From contig CM082593.2 of NCBI GenBank assembly GCA_040954595.2, forward strand, positions 2,745,434 through 2,809,433: a DNA stretch of 64,000 bases, written 5' to 3'. Every line of letters starts with the position of its first letter. Position 1 is the first letter of the stretch. This stretch comes from Balanoglossus misakiensis. Taxonomy: Eukaryota; Animalia; Hemichordata. This document shows, piece after piece, positions 50,130 through 64,000 of this stretch. The position numbers and the translations under genes are program-made. Below the pieces are notes generated by a model, which saw only the letters and a program-made list of their open reading frames with translations, was not told where the DNA came from and did not search any database.

Positions 50130-52793
50130 CGCTGGACTTTCGAACTTCTTGCAAACGTGCAATGCTTCATTCACGTTATGCCCAGGGTGCGAATTGAACT
50201 GTAATACCCCCGTGATCCAACATTTTTTGTTCAGTAATCAGAGCAACAAACACGTTACAAAATGGGGAGGGGGTAGTCATAAATTTAGTGACTTCGTCAC
50301 CAAAACGAGTTCCGAAGATGGACTTTGGCAGACGACAAAAAGTTGCAATAAATCAAGAGTTAAATGCATTTAAAGTAAGTGTTCTTTGCGGACATTTGGG
50401 TCAAGTGCCAGGTTCACACGCTAAGTATATCAGGACAGTGCCAACTTGTTGCTTAAACCACGCTACATATGACCAGACCAATTTTTCACTTGCTAGTATA
50501 TCTTTCGATACATGATAACTATCATAGTTTGTTTCTAGTCTACTAATGGCATAATGTATTGCAAGCTATTATACGATGTGACGTTTAAGGCTGTGATGTC
50601 ATGATTAATAGTTAGATATGGTTTGATTTGCTGTCTAGGGAAGACGCGATCTGGGCATGGCCACCCTGAAAAGGTCTTCCTTTAATTTACTTTTCGGTAT
50701 GTGCATCTTGAGGTTGTCTAAACTCACTTGATCCAATGATCTGTGTACAAGCAAGAAAATTACCCAATGATGATCAATAAAACCATAAATGATGAAAGAG
50801 GCGACCTCGTGCTTTCCGCTTTGGTAAACAGATACCTTTGGAGACGTTGATTGTTTTGTTACGCGAAGAAATTGATCTCATCGTCAGCACATCTGAGAAC
50901 AAAAACGCATAACCAATCGGCAACGACAAGCTTGATTCTGATTGGCTGCGTTTGACTACAAATAATTCTGCTGACAATTTCAATTGATTCAACGATTAAT
51001 ATTCAAATAAGGGTGATCTGTGGATGCGCATGCAGACGACAGTTACGTCTAACAGTATTTTACAGACGATCACTTGTGCTTTATTTCGACTGGCGCCATT
51101 TTCACTACCAGCTTACGGCAGCTATGTCACAAATTCGGATATAAAAAATTTAACATCGTTAGCATAACGCCGAAGAGTGGAAGGGACACGGCATGTGTCA
51201 AATTTTTAATAAAAATTTACGAAACTGTCAGAGGGAGGTGAGAGAATGCCACAGATGCAGAGTTCCGCCACTGCACAACGACGCAAATTGTAACCGTTGT
51301 GGATCGAGATTGTGTCGGGCCAATCGACGTATAGCGAGAACGTCATCAAAGTTATTGATTCATCGCCGGAATTTCGACAGGGATATTATTCGGTCGTCCC
51401 GTTGACAGCGGATAGGATTACCCATGTGTCATGTCGGGTCTTGATTAATTAGACCATAGAGACGAGGGAAGCAAAACGGTGCCCCCCAGCCTGCAGCCAC
51501 GCGCCAAGTTCCTATTGAAATGTGCGACACGCGAACTGGTAGTTACAATGTAGTATGGCACATGAAAAATACAGACGAGCGGTACCACTGATAACTTTGC
51601 CAACACTGTACCGAATAAAATACTCCGGATTTTAGTAGACAAACATGATATGGACGAGTAATTCGGACGATTTTGATGTTTATAACGCGCAGAGAGCAGT
51701 GTTCACGGATCTTCGCTTCTGCTATAACGGCAGACGTCCTGGTGTTAGTAGCAAATCTTGAGGTGAAGGTCAGAAAGAAAATAAAATAGGAGGAGGACAG
51801 AGAAACTTTGAAAACTAGCACATGCGGACAACGAATATGAACGCATAGATAATCAAACTCGGAAATACCAAATCCGTCGCTTATCCAGCCTATAGTAAAA
51901 CGGGTAGTGTTTTTTTTGTTTAAATTTTTGGTATTTTATTCTTGTGTTCCCAATTTAAGATTTAGAAGAAATAGTGTAGACCCATGTAAATTTGTTAGCG
52001 CTTGTCACTAATACCAGAAGAAAGTCATAAAGGAAAATTTAAAGTGAAATTGTTGCCATAGCAGCCATGGCAGAGAACTTCTTGAGACTAACACTGAACC
52101 GAATGCAACAACTGTCCATTGAATCCTAAAAAAATTGAAACGCCGGAACACCCAAGAACAGCCCCGTCGGACGCCCTATGAATTCCAAGTGAAACGTTAG
52201 AAGTAAAGAGATATGGCCGACCAATATTGTGTTTGCAGAACGCATATTATATGATGGTACAATTTGCATCAGTTAATACATAAATGCGGACACAGATATA
52301 CCCGTATCATTGTAGGCTATAATCATAGCACCCTCGGTCCTCTGCTGTAGTCTCAGTGGTGAGTTGAACCTGCAGGACTTGAAATGTCAGGAGTTTATTA
52401 GACCCCGATATGATCCCGCAGACTAAACCAGTTGTTAACGAGTGTATGCCTTATTATAACACCAGCCTGCACACGATCCGTTGTCGAGCGCTTTCATATA
52501 CATAAATAATCGAATGGAGACTTGATGCTTCTTCATAACAATAAGTAATCACTCAGTCGCCCTTGTTGCTGCTTCCTGGGTTTTATTTGTGGAACTTAAG
52601 CCGCCTACTATTTACTCTAAAATGGGGTTAAGAGAGTATCGGCTCGAGGCTTATCCCACTTCTGTCAGCAGGATCTGTTGCCGGAGCGTTCGCGTGACTT
52701 GTTGAATGTTCCGTGGCCAGTGCATACGCGGTTTATATTAAATCTAGACGGTAATACCAGCTGATTACAGGTACATAGAATAGCTCTTCCCCA

Positions 52794-52917
52794 TCTGCCT
52801 GCCTGCTTGTCTGCCTAGCTGTCTGTCTGTCAGTCAGTCTGTCTGTAGTTTGTCGAATTAACGATCCACCCATCCCTCCTTCCATCCCTCCTTCCATCTA
52901 TCCATCCATTCATCCAT
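52794..52917. repeat. Compound tetranucleotide microsatellite (CTGC/CTGT/TCAG, then TCCA/TCCC)
   Basis: Direct inspection. Confidence 0.8.
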
Positions 52918-55900
52918 CGTGTCGCGGAAAAACGCTTTTTAATAAACCTTTTAGAACTGTTTAAAAGTTTAGGGTACCCGAAGAAAATTGATTACGTCGT
53001 AGCTCTTTGTACTTCCCTGGCAAGACATTGCTGATTATTTTAAGTGGATAGCATAAAGTAACGCCTGACATATGATCCCCAAGCTGTCCACTGATTATAA
53101 GTCTGTCTGAAATAAGACTAATATTCCTGATGCGGAAATGTAAACTTCACAAGAAAAACGGCCTGGTTGAAATAACTTCTTGAAGATATGTTTCGTTAGG
53201 GGAGTCTACCCGGGGTTCGATGCTCCAATAACAGACTTGTGCCAAAAAGTCACTTCGGAAGCAATCCATCTGTGTGTGTGGCTACTTTGCATATGCAAAG
53301 CCAGAAGGGCCAAAACGCGGTTATAGGCTTGCGCAGACATATGCAGTTCGGCAATATAAACCGATGCAGATATAAGTCATTTGGTTGAAAGTACTTCTGT
53401 GTAATCAAGTTCTTTAATGCAAGAACAATGACTTTGGGATGAGCGCTTGCGTCAACAGTCGATGAATAATTAAAAAGGTACATGTATATGCTTTAGGATG
53501 TAGGTGACATGACAGAGCGTTATGGAAAGATATGACTATACAACGAATGCTAGACTTGTAAATTGAATCCTTAAACTAACCGTACATTCCTATGTGGGAA
53601 GCGATAAATCAAAGCAAAAAATCTGTGCACTAGCCGCGACCTTCTATTGAGCAGACGATCGCATGTAAAAATGCAGCGGCAACAAATTCGCTAAAACCGT
53701 CTATTTTGACATGAAGTGTTCTAACCCAGACATAGTTTACATGGCCATCGGAAGCACGCCGGGTTTACACAGCCGCTGACGATGATATGTTAGAGGTATT
53801 TTATTTGCGATGAACGTTTTACAAGCGTGTTTAGATACAGAGCAAATACCAGTCCTTAATAATATAATGGTTTTCTTCCGCTCTCATCTGGTAAAGTGAT
53901 CGTTCGACGACACAGCCACTTCCTAAACCCAAAGCAAACGGCGACAACACGTCACCATCGACGTGATAAATCGCGAGATATGCCGAGATTTCGAGTACAA
54001 GTATTTGGGGTCGCAAGAGAAAAATATCTGCCACTTACGGACCAATTAAGTCATCGCCGTTTATATTGTGGAGCTAAGTGTACTACCAGGTTCCAGCTAA
54101 CCTACTTTTCAGGCGACCAGCCGAACCTCAGGCCGAGAGCGGCAACACTCCCAGTAGGCAGGAGACATTTGCTCGCTGCAGACTGTAACCAAAAACACGT
54201 TCACATCTATATTTGTTTAAATTTCTCCGAAAGAAAACCAAACACGTGTGTCGTGTTTCCTAATGGATTATAAATTCTTGAATGATTACTTCGCCGTGGG
54301 CTTGATGAAAGAATTGGACCATAGGTAACTAAACTGCAAGTACATGTACAGTTCGGGTCTTTCTCAAAACTCCCATCACGTGAAAACGATTTCCAGCGTT
54401 GAGATAACATTTCCTAGGAATTTAACAGTATTGAAACACGTGCCGTGCAGTTCGTGAAGCCGTACTTGTAAGCAAATTTCCGCCGTTCAGGTGGTGCCAC
54501 GGATGTTTTGACCTTTCAGTCGCCAAGGGGCAGCGTTTGACAATCTCCTCTCATCTACCTACGTCAGAGTTTTACCAAAATGATCCGGCGAAGCCCTGAT
54601 GTGATTTGCCGATAGGGAATTCAGATGGAAATTCACAAAAGTCGCTGACGGATTCATTTGCCTGTATGACGGATAGCCTTCTCAGGTTGGCGATTTTGAC
54701 CGAAAAATCTGCGTCACGCGGCGATTCGAGGAGCCCAAGGTTTGCGGCATATTAGATAAACTGATCTGATTTTTTTTGTAAATCGCCAAGCTGTTTTTGT
54801 AATCCTTAAGTCAGTCGTGGGAGCATTTAAAATTCTGGCCTTTGTGCTGGCGTAGATTATCAAGATGCGTCGTGCAAATGAAACCCTACCGAGTGACGAT
54901 ATATCTACGTCAACCGTCGAGTTTTCACGTAAATGTCGCACGCGAGATCCTTTGCTAAACTGGAATATTTATTGAGAGATAGAAAGCCCTTTCGGAATTA
55001 ACCACATTGCCACAGTTTAGGAGACAACTAATAACTGTCGCTAACTGTGATGTTCGCGGATAAGCGTGCCTTATTTTTCTGTATTAGGCTCGCGTTTCTG
55101 ATATTGTGGTTTTCACGCTTTGTTATACGACAGCAGTATAGTCAGCCCCGGGGGTGTCAACACTATATAATGGCCAGGAGAGAGCATTTAAGGTACCGGT
55201 AATTTCTAGAAACCCCAAAGTTTCCTGCGAGTAAGCGTTTATCGAGCAATTAAGGAAATGGTTACATCTTTCTTTTCAAATGAACAGAAAACCGAGAATC
55301 AATGGAGTCTTATGAAGAGCCAATAGATAGAACACATATGATGTTCTGTCCGGCAAACCCACAATTACGTCAGATTCATATATGTCGCTACACAGTGGTA
55401 ACCTAGGCGACCATGCACGTAGGCGCGTGCCACCGTAACTGACCTCGGTCAACGGTGGAGGTGTAATCATTAAGTGAAAGTACTTACACGGGCAAACAAT
55501 AATGAACATTTAATCAACCATCTCGAGGTGGAAACTAGCCTACGGTACAGCTATCTGCGTACCCACGTTTCCATGACAACAAGCGCTCTATCCATGAATT
55601 TTCATTCACCAGTTATTGCATTTAGTATACGTTAGCACCCTGAGTGTTATTGATGATGACTTCCTTGTTTTTGGGGTCCGTTCACGCTTTTATTGTCTGC
55701 AGACAACCTGTCCGCTGACGATAAAACGAAATCTCGCTTGAAATGGGCGAGGCTTTTTTCGGGCAGACGTCATTCCGGTCGATGAGGGGCCGACCGGATA
55801 GGAGCGTGGCCCGTTCCCAGGCCAGAGTGAAGTGCCCCTGTCTCTGTATCATCCACCGAGACCTACAAACAGACATCGTATGTTCACACAGGTAAATTAA

Positions 55901-57734
55901 GCCACAGATCGGCGTCGTTTATGACGTCACTGCGCTCGATCCCGGGTGACGGATGGCTACTTTTAGTCCCGGTGAGCGCCGTGTCACCCTGTGCCAGTTT
56001 CTGACGTTGTCGCCCCGAAACAGCCTTTCTGGTCTGCCCGGCGAATTTCTTACACGAGCTATTTTTTATATGAATATACATTTTCTCCGAGAGCGGCATA
56101 TTGTTTTAACGCGTGACAAGGCAATATCGGACGATATACAAAATGTCTTGAGACGGACGAGTTTGTGATGCTGACCATTCATTATTCGAATGGTCAGGGT
56201 ATCGAATTCATACATGTTTACTTTTTGTGGTTATTTTTGGCGCTGTGGATTCTGATTATGTTGATCTAACCAACATTTAAATATATCAATGCAGTTATGA
56301 AGGAAGTGGTGATGAAATTACCGAAATAAGGTTTATTGGGTCCATGATCGCGCTTGGCGTATTGGTCGCTGCGTTGCCATGCATGCAGTGCGTCAGCGCG
56401 CGACTTTGTTTGATCGGACTGATCATCTGATGATGCGCAGTTCGCTGAAAGTTTAGTGTTGGAGTTTTGTGTTCGAGGGAGGCTACTCTCCGCTGGTCTG
56501 GAAGCAAGACGCATCGTGGCTTAGACTTGGGGTATGGTGTCGGCGACTTCTGACTAGGGCAGACACAAATACCGACTAATGAGCGTTCGTGTCGATGCTT
56601 GTCTGCCGCAGTCGTATGTAGGTGAATCAACGCCGCGGCCGCTACTGGCGCCCAACGGGAATTTGAAAAATTCCCACCACCACCACCATCCCCCCTTCTT
56701 CCATCGGCGGAAAACTACGCAACATATCCCAACACTGTCAAGCCCCCTTCCCCCCTCCAACACAGCCACAACTCCATAATAAGTATGCCACGTTTCCATA
56801 GTAACGTACAGCGGAACAGGGGGTGTCACCGTAAACAGAACAATGCTGGGTGACACCCCCCGGAGCTTGTGGTAGCGATCACGTACGTCTCGCCTCAGGA
56901 AAGACTGAGAATTCTCTCTGGAGACAACTTAAGAAAAATAAAAGAAAGAGGACTTCAATAGCACAAATAAACTCGGCATACCGCGCATTTATATCAAATA
57001 AATATAGACTACATATTGGAAAGACCCTGCATAGTGTGCTACACACATAGAGTTTTAATTTGATTGTAATATGTGCGGGAATTTGCCACTATACCGCGAT
57101 AAAATTTTGATTCCCTTTGTAAGGTATGCAAATGAGGTCATTTGTCACATTTCCGAGACTGGCGAAAACTCCGTATTAAAGTCGGCAAAAACTTTAATCG
57201 GAATTCTTCCAAGTTTACACTGTTTTTTTCTATGCTGTCTGTTAAAAGCGCATGCCTCATATATAGGTTAAGAACAAGGACGGCAATGGCCGCCTCGATC
57301 CTACCCAAGTTGTAATTCATAGCCCGGCATTAAGAAACTCTTGAATTTTCATAACCGCCGTAAAAAATTTCCAACGACTTCATTAGAATTTTGAAGAGTG
57401 CCGCACGCTATGCTGGTATTTACGCAGTGTGAAAGAATAAGGCGCGAAAGTGGATGAGAGTGATTATATACATTTATGATCTGACGAAGAGGCGTCAGTC
57501 ACATCTCTGTCGCAAAATTGGCTGAGTAGATGGAGTAAGTGTCCTGGCCACGCCAGACTCAAGCTCGACGTCAAGTGGTTTCTTTGATAATATTAGTTTA
57601 TGTGGCGAAGAATACCTGCTTGTAGGAGACATGGAAATCCTTGAACATCTATTTGCTTCTCTGTGCGACATTTAACAAGTATCCATAACATTTCCGCGAC
57701 AAAAAAAGTAAACATGTTTTTCAATTATCGATGG

Positions 57735-57891
57735 ATCTATCCATCCATCCATCCATCCACCCATCCATCCATCCACCCATCATTTAGTCAGTCAGTCAGT
57801 CAGTCAGTCAGTCAGTCAATGAATGAATCAGCCAATCAGTCAATCAACCTATCAATCAATCTCTATCTGTCTGTTTGTCTGCCTGCCTGCT
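57735..57891. repeat. Compound tetranucleotide microsatellite (TCCA-TCAG-TCAA-TCTG-CCTG)
   Basis: Direct inspection. Confidence 0.9.
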
Positions 57892-59061
57892 GGGCTGTTA
57901 ACTAGACACCCGTCCTCCGCTCCGCCAGTTCTCTCATTCATTCACCGCTGCTCAGAATGCATAACCGTCTTCCTGCCCACATAGTATCGTAGTACCTGTC
58001 AACTTGGGCCATAAATTCTCTCTATTTGTCGATACAGGTGGAATCGACTTATCAAATAAAATTCACCGTGCACCGCGCCCGAATTTATTGGGAGTAAATT
58101 TTGACACGACGAGATTCGAGAGAGACTCTCTTATCTTCTCCATGTTTAATCGCCTTGGGAGTATTCCGGTAAATTATTAACTACGTGACAGGCTTTCAAA
58201 ATTCATCTTATTGCGTGGGCGTAGGGCTTAAAAAGACTGAGAGGTTTTTTGTAGGTAGGCGGGCCGAAAGTGTACATCGAGCAAATATCATTAAAATTAT
58301 ATTTCACAGACTTCGATACAGTTGAGTTTACATACATGTTTCGGGATACACGTCGAGTGCAAATGCCAGATCACGCGTACGTCCTGAGCAATGATGTGTT
58401 ACCATAACCGGGCCCATTATCTGCAAGGAACTGTTTGTTAACAGGCCATTTTAGCGGCGGTAAAATTCAATTATTTCGTCATTATTGAATGTTTCCGTTT
58501 AACATTATCTTCAATTAGCAACGATGATTGCTAAATTGGATGGGCTGAAAATGGCGCGTGTTTTTCTCCGATCGTGTGATTTGCGATGGAGGAAAATTCT
58601 CAACGTTGGTAAAGGTTAAGATGTTTGATTGACATCAGTAAAATGCAAGACCCGTAATTACTGGAATTATCGCCCTATATAGTCCATTCCAAATGTCGGT
58701 AGTTATGATTTTTTTTTCCATAAAACGGAGACACTTGACATTTTCGTTCTTTAAATAGGATCCCTGCCATTAATCTTGAATTAGACTCACAACTTGCGTG
58801 TATTTTCGGCCATCTGAACAGTACCGTGACGATATGGCCACGTGCATTGGGAGTTTTTCACGCTGATGTCACATTGACCTCTGATGCGCTGTCTTCCTGA
58901 AACGCCGGTTACCGAGTCGTGGTTGCTTACTAAGGTAATAGTGGGATCGGAACACATGTATTAATTAAACAGTTCGCAGAAGTTCGATGTCTGCTATTTC
59001 TATCACTGGCAAGGACACCGCGAAATGACGTCGTAGTCACGTGACCGTTCTCTACTTCATA

Positions 59062-59082
59062 CCACCATCATCATCGTCGTCG

Positions 59083-59143
<61 letters not shown>

Positions 59144-59196
59144 AATCATCATGCCACCATCACCACAACCATCATCATCATCATCGTCGTCGTCAT
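59062..59196. repeat. (CAT)n microsatellite with CGT/CAC variants
   Basis: Direct inspection. Confidence 0.92.
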
Positions 59197-62100
59197 CTAT
59201 CTATTTACGAAAGACATTCAGATAATGTCAACGGTTGTATTCGGTCTGTTAGTGTGTTTGAGAGTGAGCGTAGGGGGAAAGGGAGTGGGAAGTAAGGAGG
59301 GAGGGAGAGGAGAGTATGTCTTTGGCCCGTATGTGTGGGCGATCGCGTAGGAGTTCTCTGTGACTAATGTGCATCGTGGGAACCGTATTTGTACAAGTCC
59401 CATGTGTAACACACCTGAGAGACGTCTGCACGTTCGCATTTACCTGATGAATACAGGCGTTATAAAATATGAATTCTTTATTCGACTTCAATTATGACTA
59501 CGCAGTGAACTTAAAACCCCTCTAAAACCGTATAATCGTCACATGCCGACATTATCGTCAGCTCTCCATCTCCTCTCAATGGAACAGTAATTCTGTCACT
59601 CGGACACTTGATTCACGTTGTAGCTTGCTGCCGTCATTACACCAGTCGCGCGCACACGCCGCCCACAGATTTAAACAAAATGCGTTCTCGGAGCCACGAT
59701 AAGATAGCAAGATGCTTATATTCGCTATTCTCCTCCGTAGTAAAACGTGGAACATTCACGTAGTTTATATATTGTGGTGTATACTGAGCATTCATAGCTG
59801 CTTACAGCTTAGGCTCCAGTGGGACAGATTAGACAGGGAAATGAAATATTTTTTTAATTATGAAATTAATGTAGCGGAAGCGAGAGGCAATTTTGCTGAC
59901 AAGCAGGGAATCATTTTATTGAGCGCTGCCTTGAGTCATTTAGTTGACAACACCAAGAAATATGACTTTCTACTTAAGCATTTAAATGTCATATAGACTG
60001 ATTCAATACAAACTGGGCCCAAAATTTTCACGTTATACTTATAAGCGGCCATACAACAAAAATACCATTTGGCAAAATTTCTATCTGTTTACCGCAACAG
60101 AGAAACTGTCTCAGGATTTTAACTTCTGAACCTAAACGGAATGGGATTAAATTTCGTTTTTCTTTGTAGGGGTTTAATTAAAGCAAGCAGATGTTTAGTG
60201 TCATTGATATGCAAATTAGGAGTTTATTGTAGACATTCTGTGGTAAGATATTGAATGAATGCTGACATAATTATATTGACCGGAAAAATCGTGGAAGATT
60301 CGTGACTGTTTTTGATCACAATCAAATTATCTTTAAACCTTGCAGTGTTCTTAAAATAACTCATATACCCCCCGGAAATATCGGATACCTTGTGCATTTA
60401 ATGATAGACGGTAGCTAGAGACTGTCGATGATGTAATTGACAATTTTTCTTTCGACCAATGCAGGCTAATGTATTCATAACTGGCATGACACTTTCAGAA
60501 ATAGCACTTCTTTGCTTATGCGAGCGCGTTGTGTGTTGGTCCGACGCGGCGCGCGCAGGCGATGGCTGCGCTTGGGGTTCCCCACATCGTCGTAAAACAC
60601 GACCTCTTTACGGCAACGGTTTCTGCGATGCCAGACGCTTCCTCAAGATCCCGAATCATGACGCACAGTGTTTCGTCACACTCACGGCGCGGCATGGGTG
60701 TATTTACAGGAATCAAGAAAAGGGTTCGATATTTGCAGCAGTCCTCAATCACAATTTTGTTTACATTCACTTCGGAAATTAAGATTTTGTTCAAATATCC
60801 ATACGCAAAATCGCACTTCAGTCCATGGGAGTCCATTCAGTGACCACTCCCACGTATTACATGTAGACAGTTCTCAGCATTACACTGTATATGGATCAGT
60901 TTCGCGATATACTCTTGCTACAAGCAATCAACGCCCCCCCCCCCCTACCCGCTTCACCACCACCTGTGGATTTTTGTAAAAAGCGTGCGTCGAGTGTGTG
61001 GCTTTTTAAACGAAGGAGTTTCTGAGCGAAATGTAATCTGATGAAGTCACTTGAGTATATATTGGATTTCAACACCCAGATTTTTTTCCCACTCGGAGTA
61101 ATTCCAACACACCATTGTTCATTCGCAATACATTTCAGATGTCCTAGTATCAATCGGAATACCTTGTACAATAGTGTGACGTCATTCGCGACGACGTTAT
61201 TGCGTGTTGCGTCAGCCCCCGTGGAATGCGTCTAATATATTCCACTTATTTCATAATTACGAGTGATAATTTCCGTCTCTCCAGTCATGTTCTATTTTAC
61301 ACCTGTCGGTTACTATAGAGAAACAGACGGTGCGTTTTCACTGTCCATATCCGTAAAGGTCAGACGGGGAATCGCCTCTTTTTCACCTCGTCTCGAAATT
61401 TCCTCGTCTCAAGCGGAACGATCAGTGATAAGGATGCAAGAATCTGACATTACCGTTTCAGCATGACGACAATAATTTGGCGCCAAAACGCCTCTTAAGA
61501 GAGACCAATTATTGGCAGTTGTAATCACTCTTTTTAAAGTGAAACCTTCTCCTTAAAGTTGTTTGTTTTTCAAATGTCAATGGGAGGTTACTTTTGTATG
61601 TACTCCGGGATATGACGTCTATCTTGTAATTTTAGAAAAAAAGAAGCTAGCGAGCGAACGACATATTTAGTTTTCTTTCTTTCTTTTTTTTCTTCTTGGT
61701 GTCCAGGAACAAGACAAAACTACTGTCCAAGCCTCTCTGAACATAGTTCCGTGACTTTCGTACTCCCCTGTGAAATAAAATTAAATCAAACATTTAATTT
61801 TATCGCAAGACATCTAATTAAGGTAAGAAAGTGTACATTTTTCTTGATTTGGTCCAGGTTTTGTCGTGTGCCCAGACAGCGTCATATTTGGGGAAATGGT
61901 GACCCTGAAATTTCGCCCGCCACAGGAGGTACTATCAAAATCAAAGCGGTGTTGTGTTATAGGGTGATTTCCAAGAACTGCTTGTACTGTCGTACAGTTG
62001 CCGCCCATCGCCCAACTAAGTCACGTGTAAATCACGTGCACACAATCTCCATCTTTGGCGAGGAAATGGAACAGTTCGGTCCATTTGCTCGGATTAACCG

Positions 62101-64000
62101 ATAAAATCCAACACGTATATACGTTAGTTGCCCGTTTTTTTAATGAAAATGAACCGTTGTAAATATTATAACTGAACGCTATTTTGCGCAGGGCGGAAAC
62201 TATGAATTTACCTGGCGATTGCTTAAATTTGTCAGAAACAGGGCGTTGATCAACTGCCACGGCGACAGTCAAGTATTCAATCGCGTGGGCTGCAGACTGT
62301 ATAAATGCTCCGAACACGTATTGTAATATCGCAGACACGTAGATACTCTCCTCATTCCTCATTGGGGTTGAGTTCACACGGCACATGTGACGTCAGCAAA
62401 ATCTTATACACGTGGACAGACAGGCATCGGTGTGTAGGCTTATATACGCAGTGGTGATTGAGAAGTACCGAGGCTGCCTGGTTTAGACCGTTCTGTGAAT
62501 GTCACTTCAACGGGGCTGAAGTGAGAGGTGCCGGCAAGCGTCTTTGTCTTCCGCTGGTAACGACGCGACGGCGCGTTGGAACCACGTTGTCTCCCCTTTT
62601 CGCATCCAAGATCTCAGTCATCTTTTCACCTGGCAATCAGAAGAATCCTTTCTTTTGAAACAAAGGTATTGTAATTTTGCAGTTTCCAAAATAGTTTTTA
62701 TTCTCACACCCGTTTCATATTCATGGAACAGGTGTCTTCAAGTTTGTGGCGCGAAAGGGTCTTTGTTGCCTCGGTATGTGATTGTGTCGATGAATTCCAC
62801 TTGTGTGCCAAACTAATTCCGTTGCCATGAAAATGCGTGTAAAATCGGATTTTTCATTCCTGTCGTAATATCAGTTGGTATTGATATGTCAACCGTCTGG
62901 ATTGTAACGATTTGGCGCGTTCAGTTTGTTTTTGTATTCTTGGAACGCCCCACATTTCGAATTCCGTAAACGAGAGGTGTTATTACCAGTGTCTCATGAC
63001 GGATCAGGATTTAATAAGAAAGTGTTTTAATGATTAACTTTGGCGTTCAACTCTCCTAGCGGATCGCAATTGCTCTGAACGGCGTGGCCAAAGCAACGCC
63101 ATGGGACTTGTATCGATTACTAAGCGTGTCTTCAAGAAGCGTGCGCGATCAGTCGTTTCCTACTAAGATATCAACGAACAGAGAGGAACAAGCAAACAAA
63201 CAAACAACATCAACTAAGACAACAGCAAGAAAAAACAGTGAATCAAAATCATCTAAAACTTGATATTTATATGTGTTGTTCGGTGTATTTGCTTTGCGGA
63301 ATGCAAAGTCAGGTGTGAGTAACTATTCCATGCACAGGTGTGGTGGTTACGACGCTCGCTGTCAGATGGTGTTAACGGTGGCGCCCTTCATGGCGCTCAG
63401 AATATTACAATTATAGCTATCAATCTTGACACACTGAATTATTAATCGCCAATTGGCATTCCCCACACCGGAAATAATGTCATCGCGATCGCCAACGTCG
63501 CAGCGAGGTATCTTAGGGCTTCACGCGTGCCGTTATTGCGAAAACTGATCAATGCAGTGGTGACATTTGTTACATTAGTTCAATTATCTTCACAGTGGAA
63601 CTGTCAGTTATATTCTGAAGTTAATACGAGCAAGGCCGGCGGTGAGAGGCAGATCTTTTGGGATCACCTCGCGGCCGACCAACCTTGGAATTTTAAAAAT
63701 AGAAAAATTGATTATTATCGAGAAAACAGCAACACCTGGCCTGTGTGTGTATAATGCTAATCGGGGAATGAACGTTTCTTTATGCACTAAGAGCTGATAA
63801 TAGCGGACAATTTTAACTTAAAGCCCCAAGTCATTTCATTTCCGGCGGCGTCTTTGCTACCGAGTATCGACTGTTTAAAAATAGCCCAACTATTAATAGT
63901 CTGTATAATGAGTGTATCTGGAGCACACGGGCATAGAATGTCAACAGGAAGGCACCAGATAACTAGAAAATACCGACATCGGAAGGAGTATTAATATTTA

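Noticed and set aside
58010-58175. Possible internal exon after TTTGTCGATACAG (GIDLSNKIHRAPRPNLLG...)
   Set aside because: The donors are weak and the peptide is unrecognisable, so evidence is insufficient.
29000-64000. tRNA, rRNA or conserved miRNA genes
   Set aside because: I saw only isolated GGTTCGA words and partial seed-like matches by eye, with no cloverleaf or matching precursor hairpin. A covariance-model search would be needed to exclude them.

Overview
This is eukaryotic (animal) genomic DNA, probably from an invertebrate deuterostome, though the taxon is inferred only. (1) 1-~5990 is a composite tandem array: a 59-bp monomer in higher-order units, each closed by the same ~176-bp AT-rich segment. 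(2) ~7.9-19.2 kb (+) is a long-chain acyl-CoA synthetase of the ACSL1/5/6 type. I reconstructed 20 coding exons by hand (687 aa), and there are several candidate alternative first exons. (3) 20.4-28.9 kb (-) is a complete 6-exon LAMTOR3/MP1 gene (124 aa), convergent with ACSL. (4) ~29-64 kb is CpG-rich, with no recognisable protein domain. It holds candidate first exons/promoters of an unidentified large + strand gene, many CRE/E-box/nuclear-receptor motifs, MITE-like relics and microsatellites. The main find is in ACSL. The exon carrying the second half of the ATP-binding P-loop is duplicated into two 74-nt exons that the reading frame forces to be mutually exclusive. The flanking introns contain two crossing, G-U-rich long-range complementarities, each looping out one exon, plus a competing local hairpin and a ~185-nt hairpin. 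This is a candidate RNA-structure splicing switch. All pairings and gene models were derived by eye, with no folding software or database searches.
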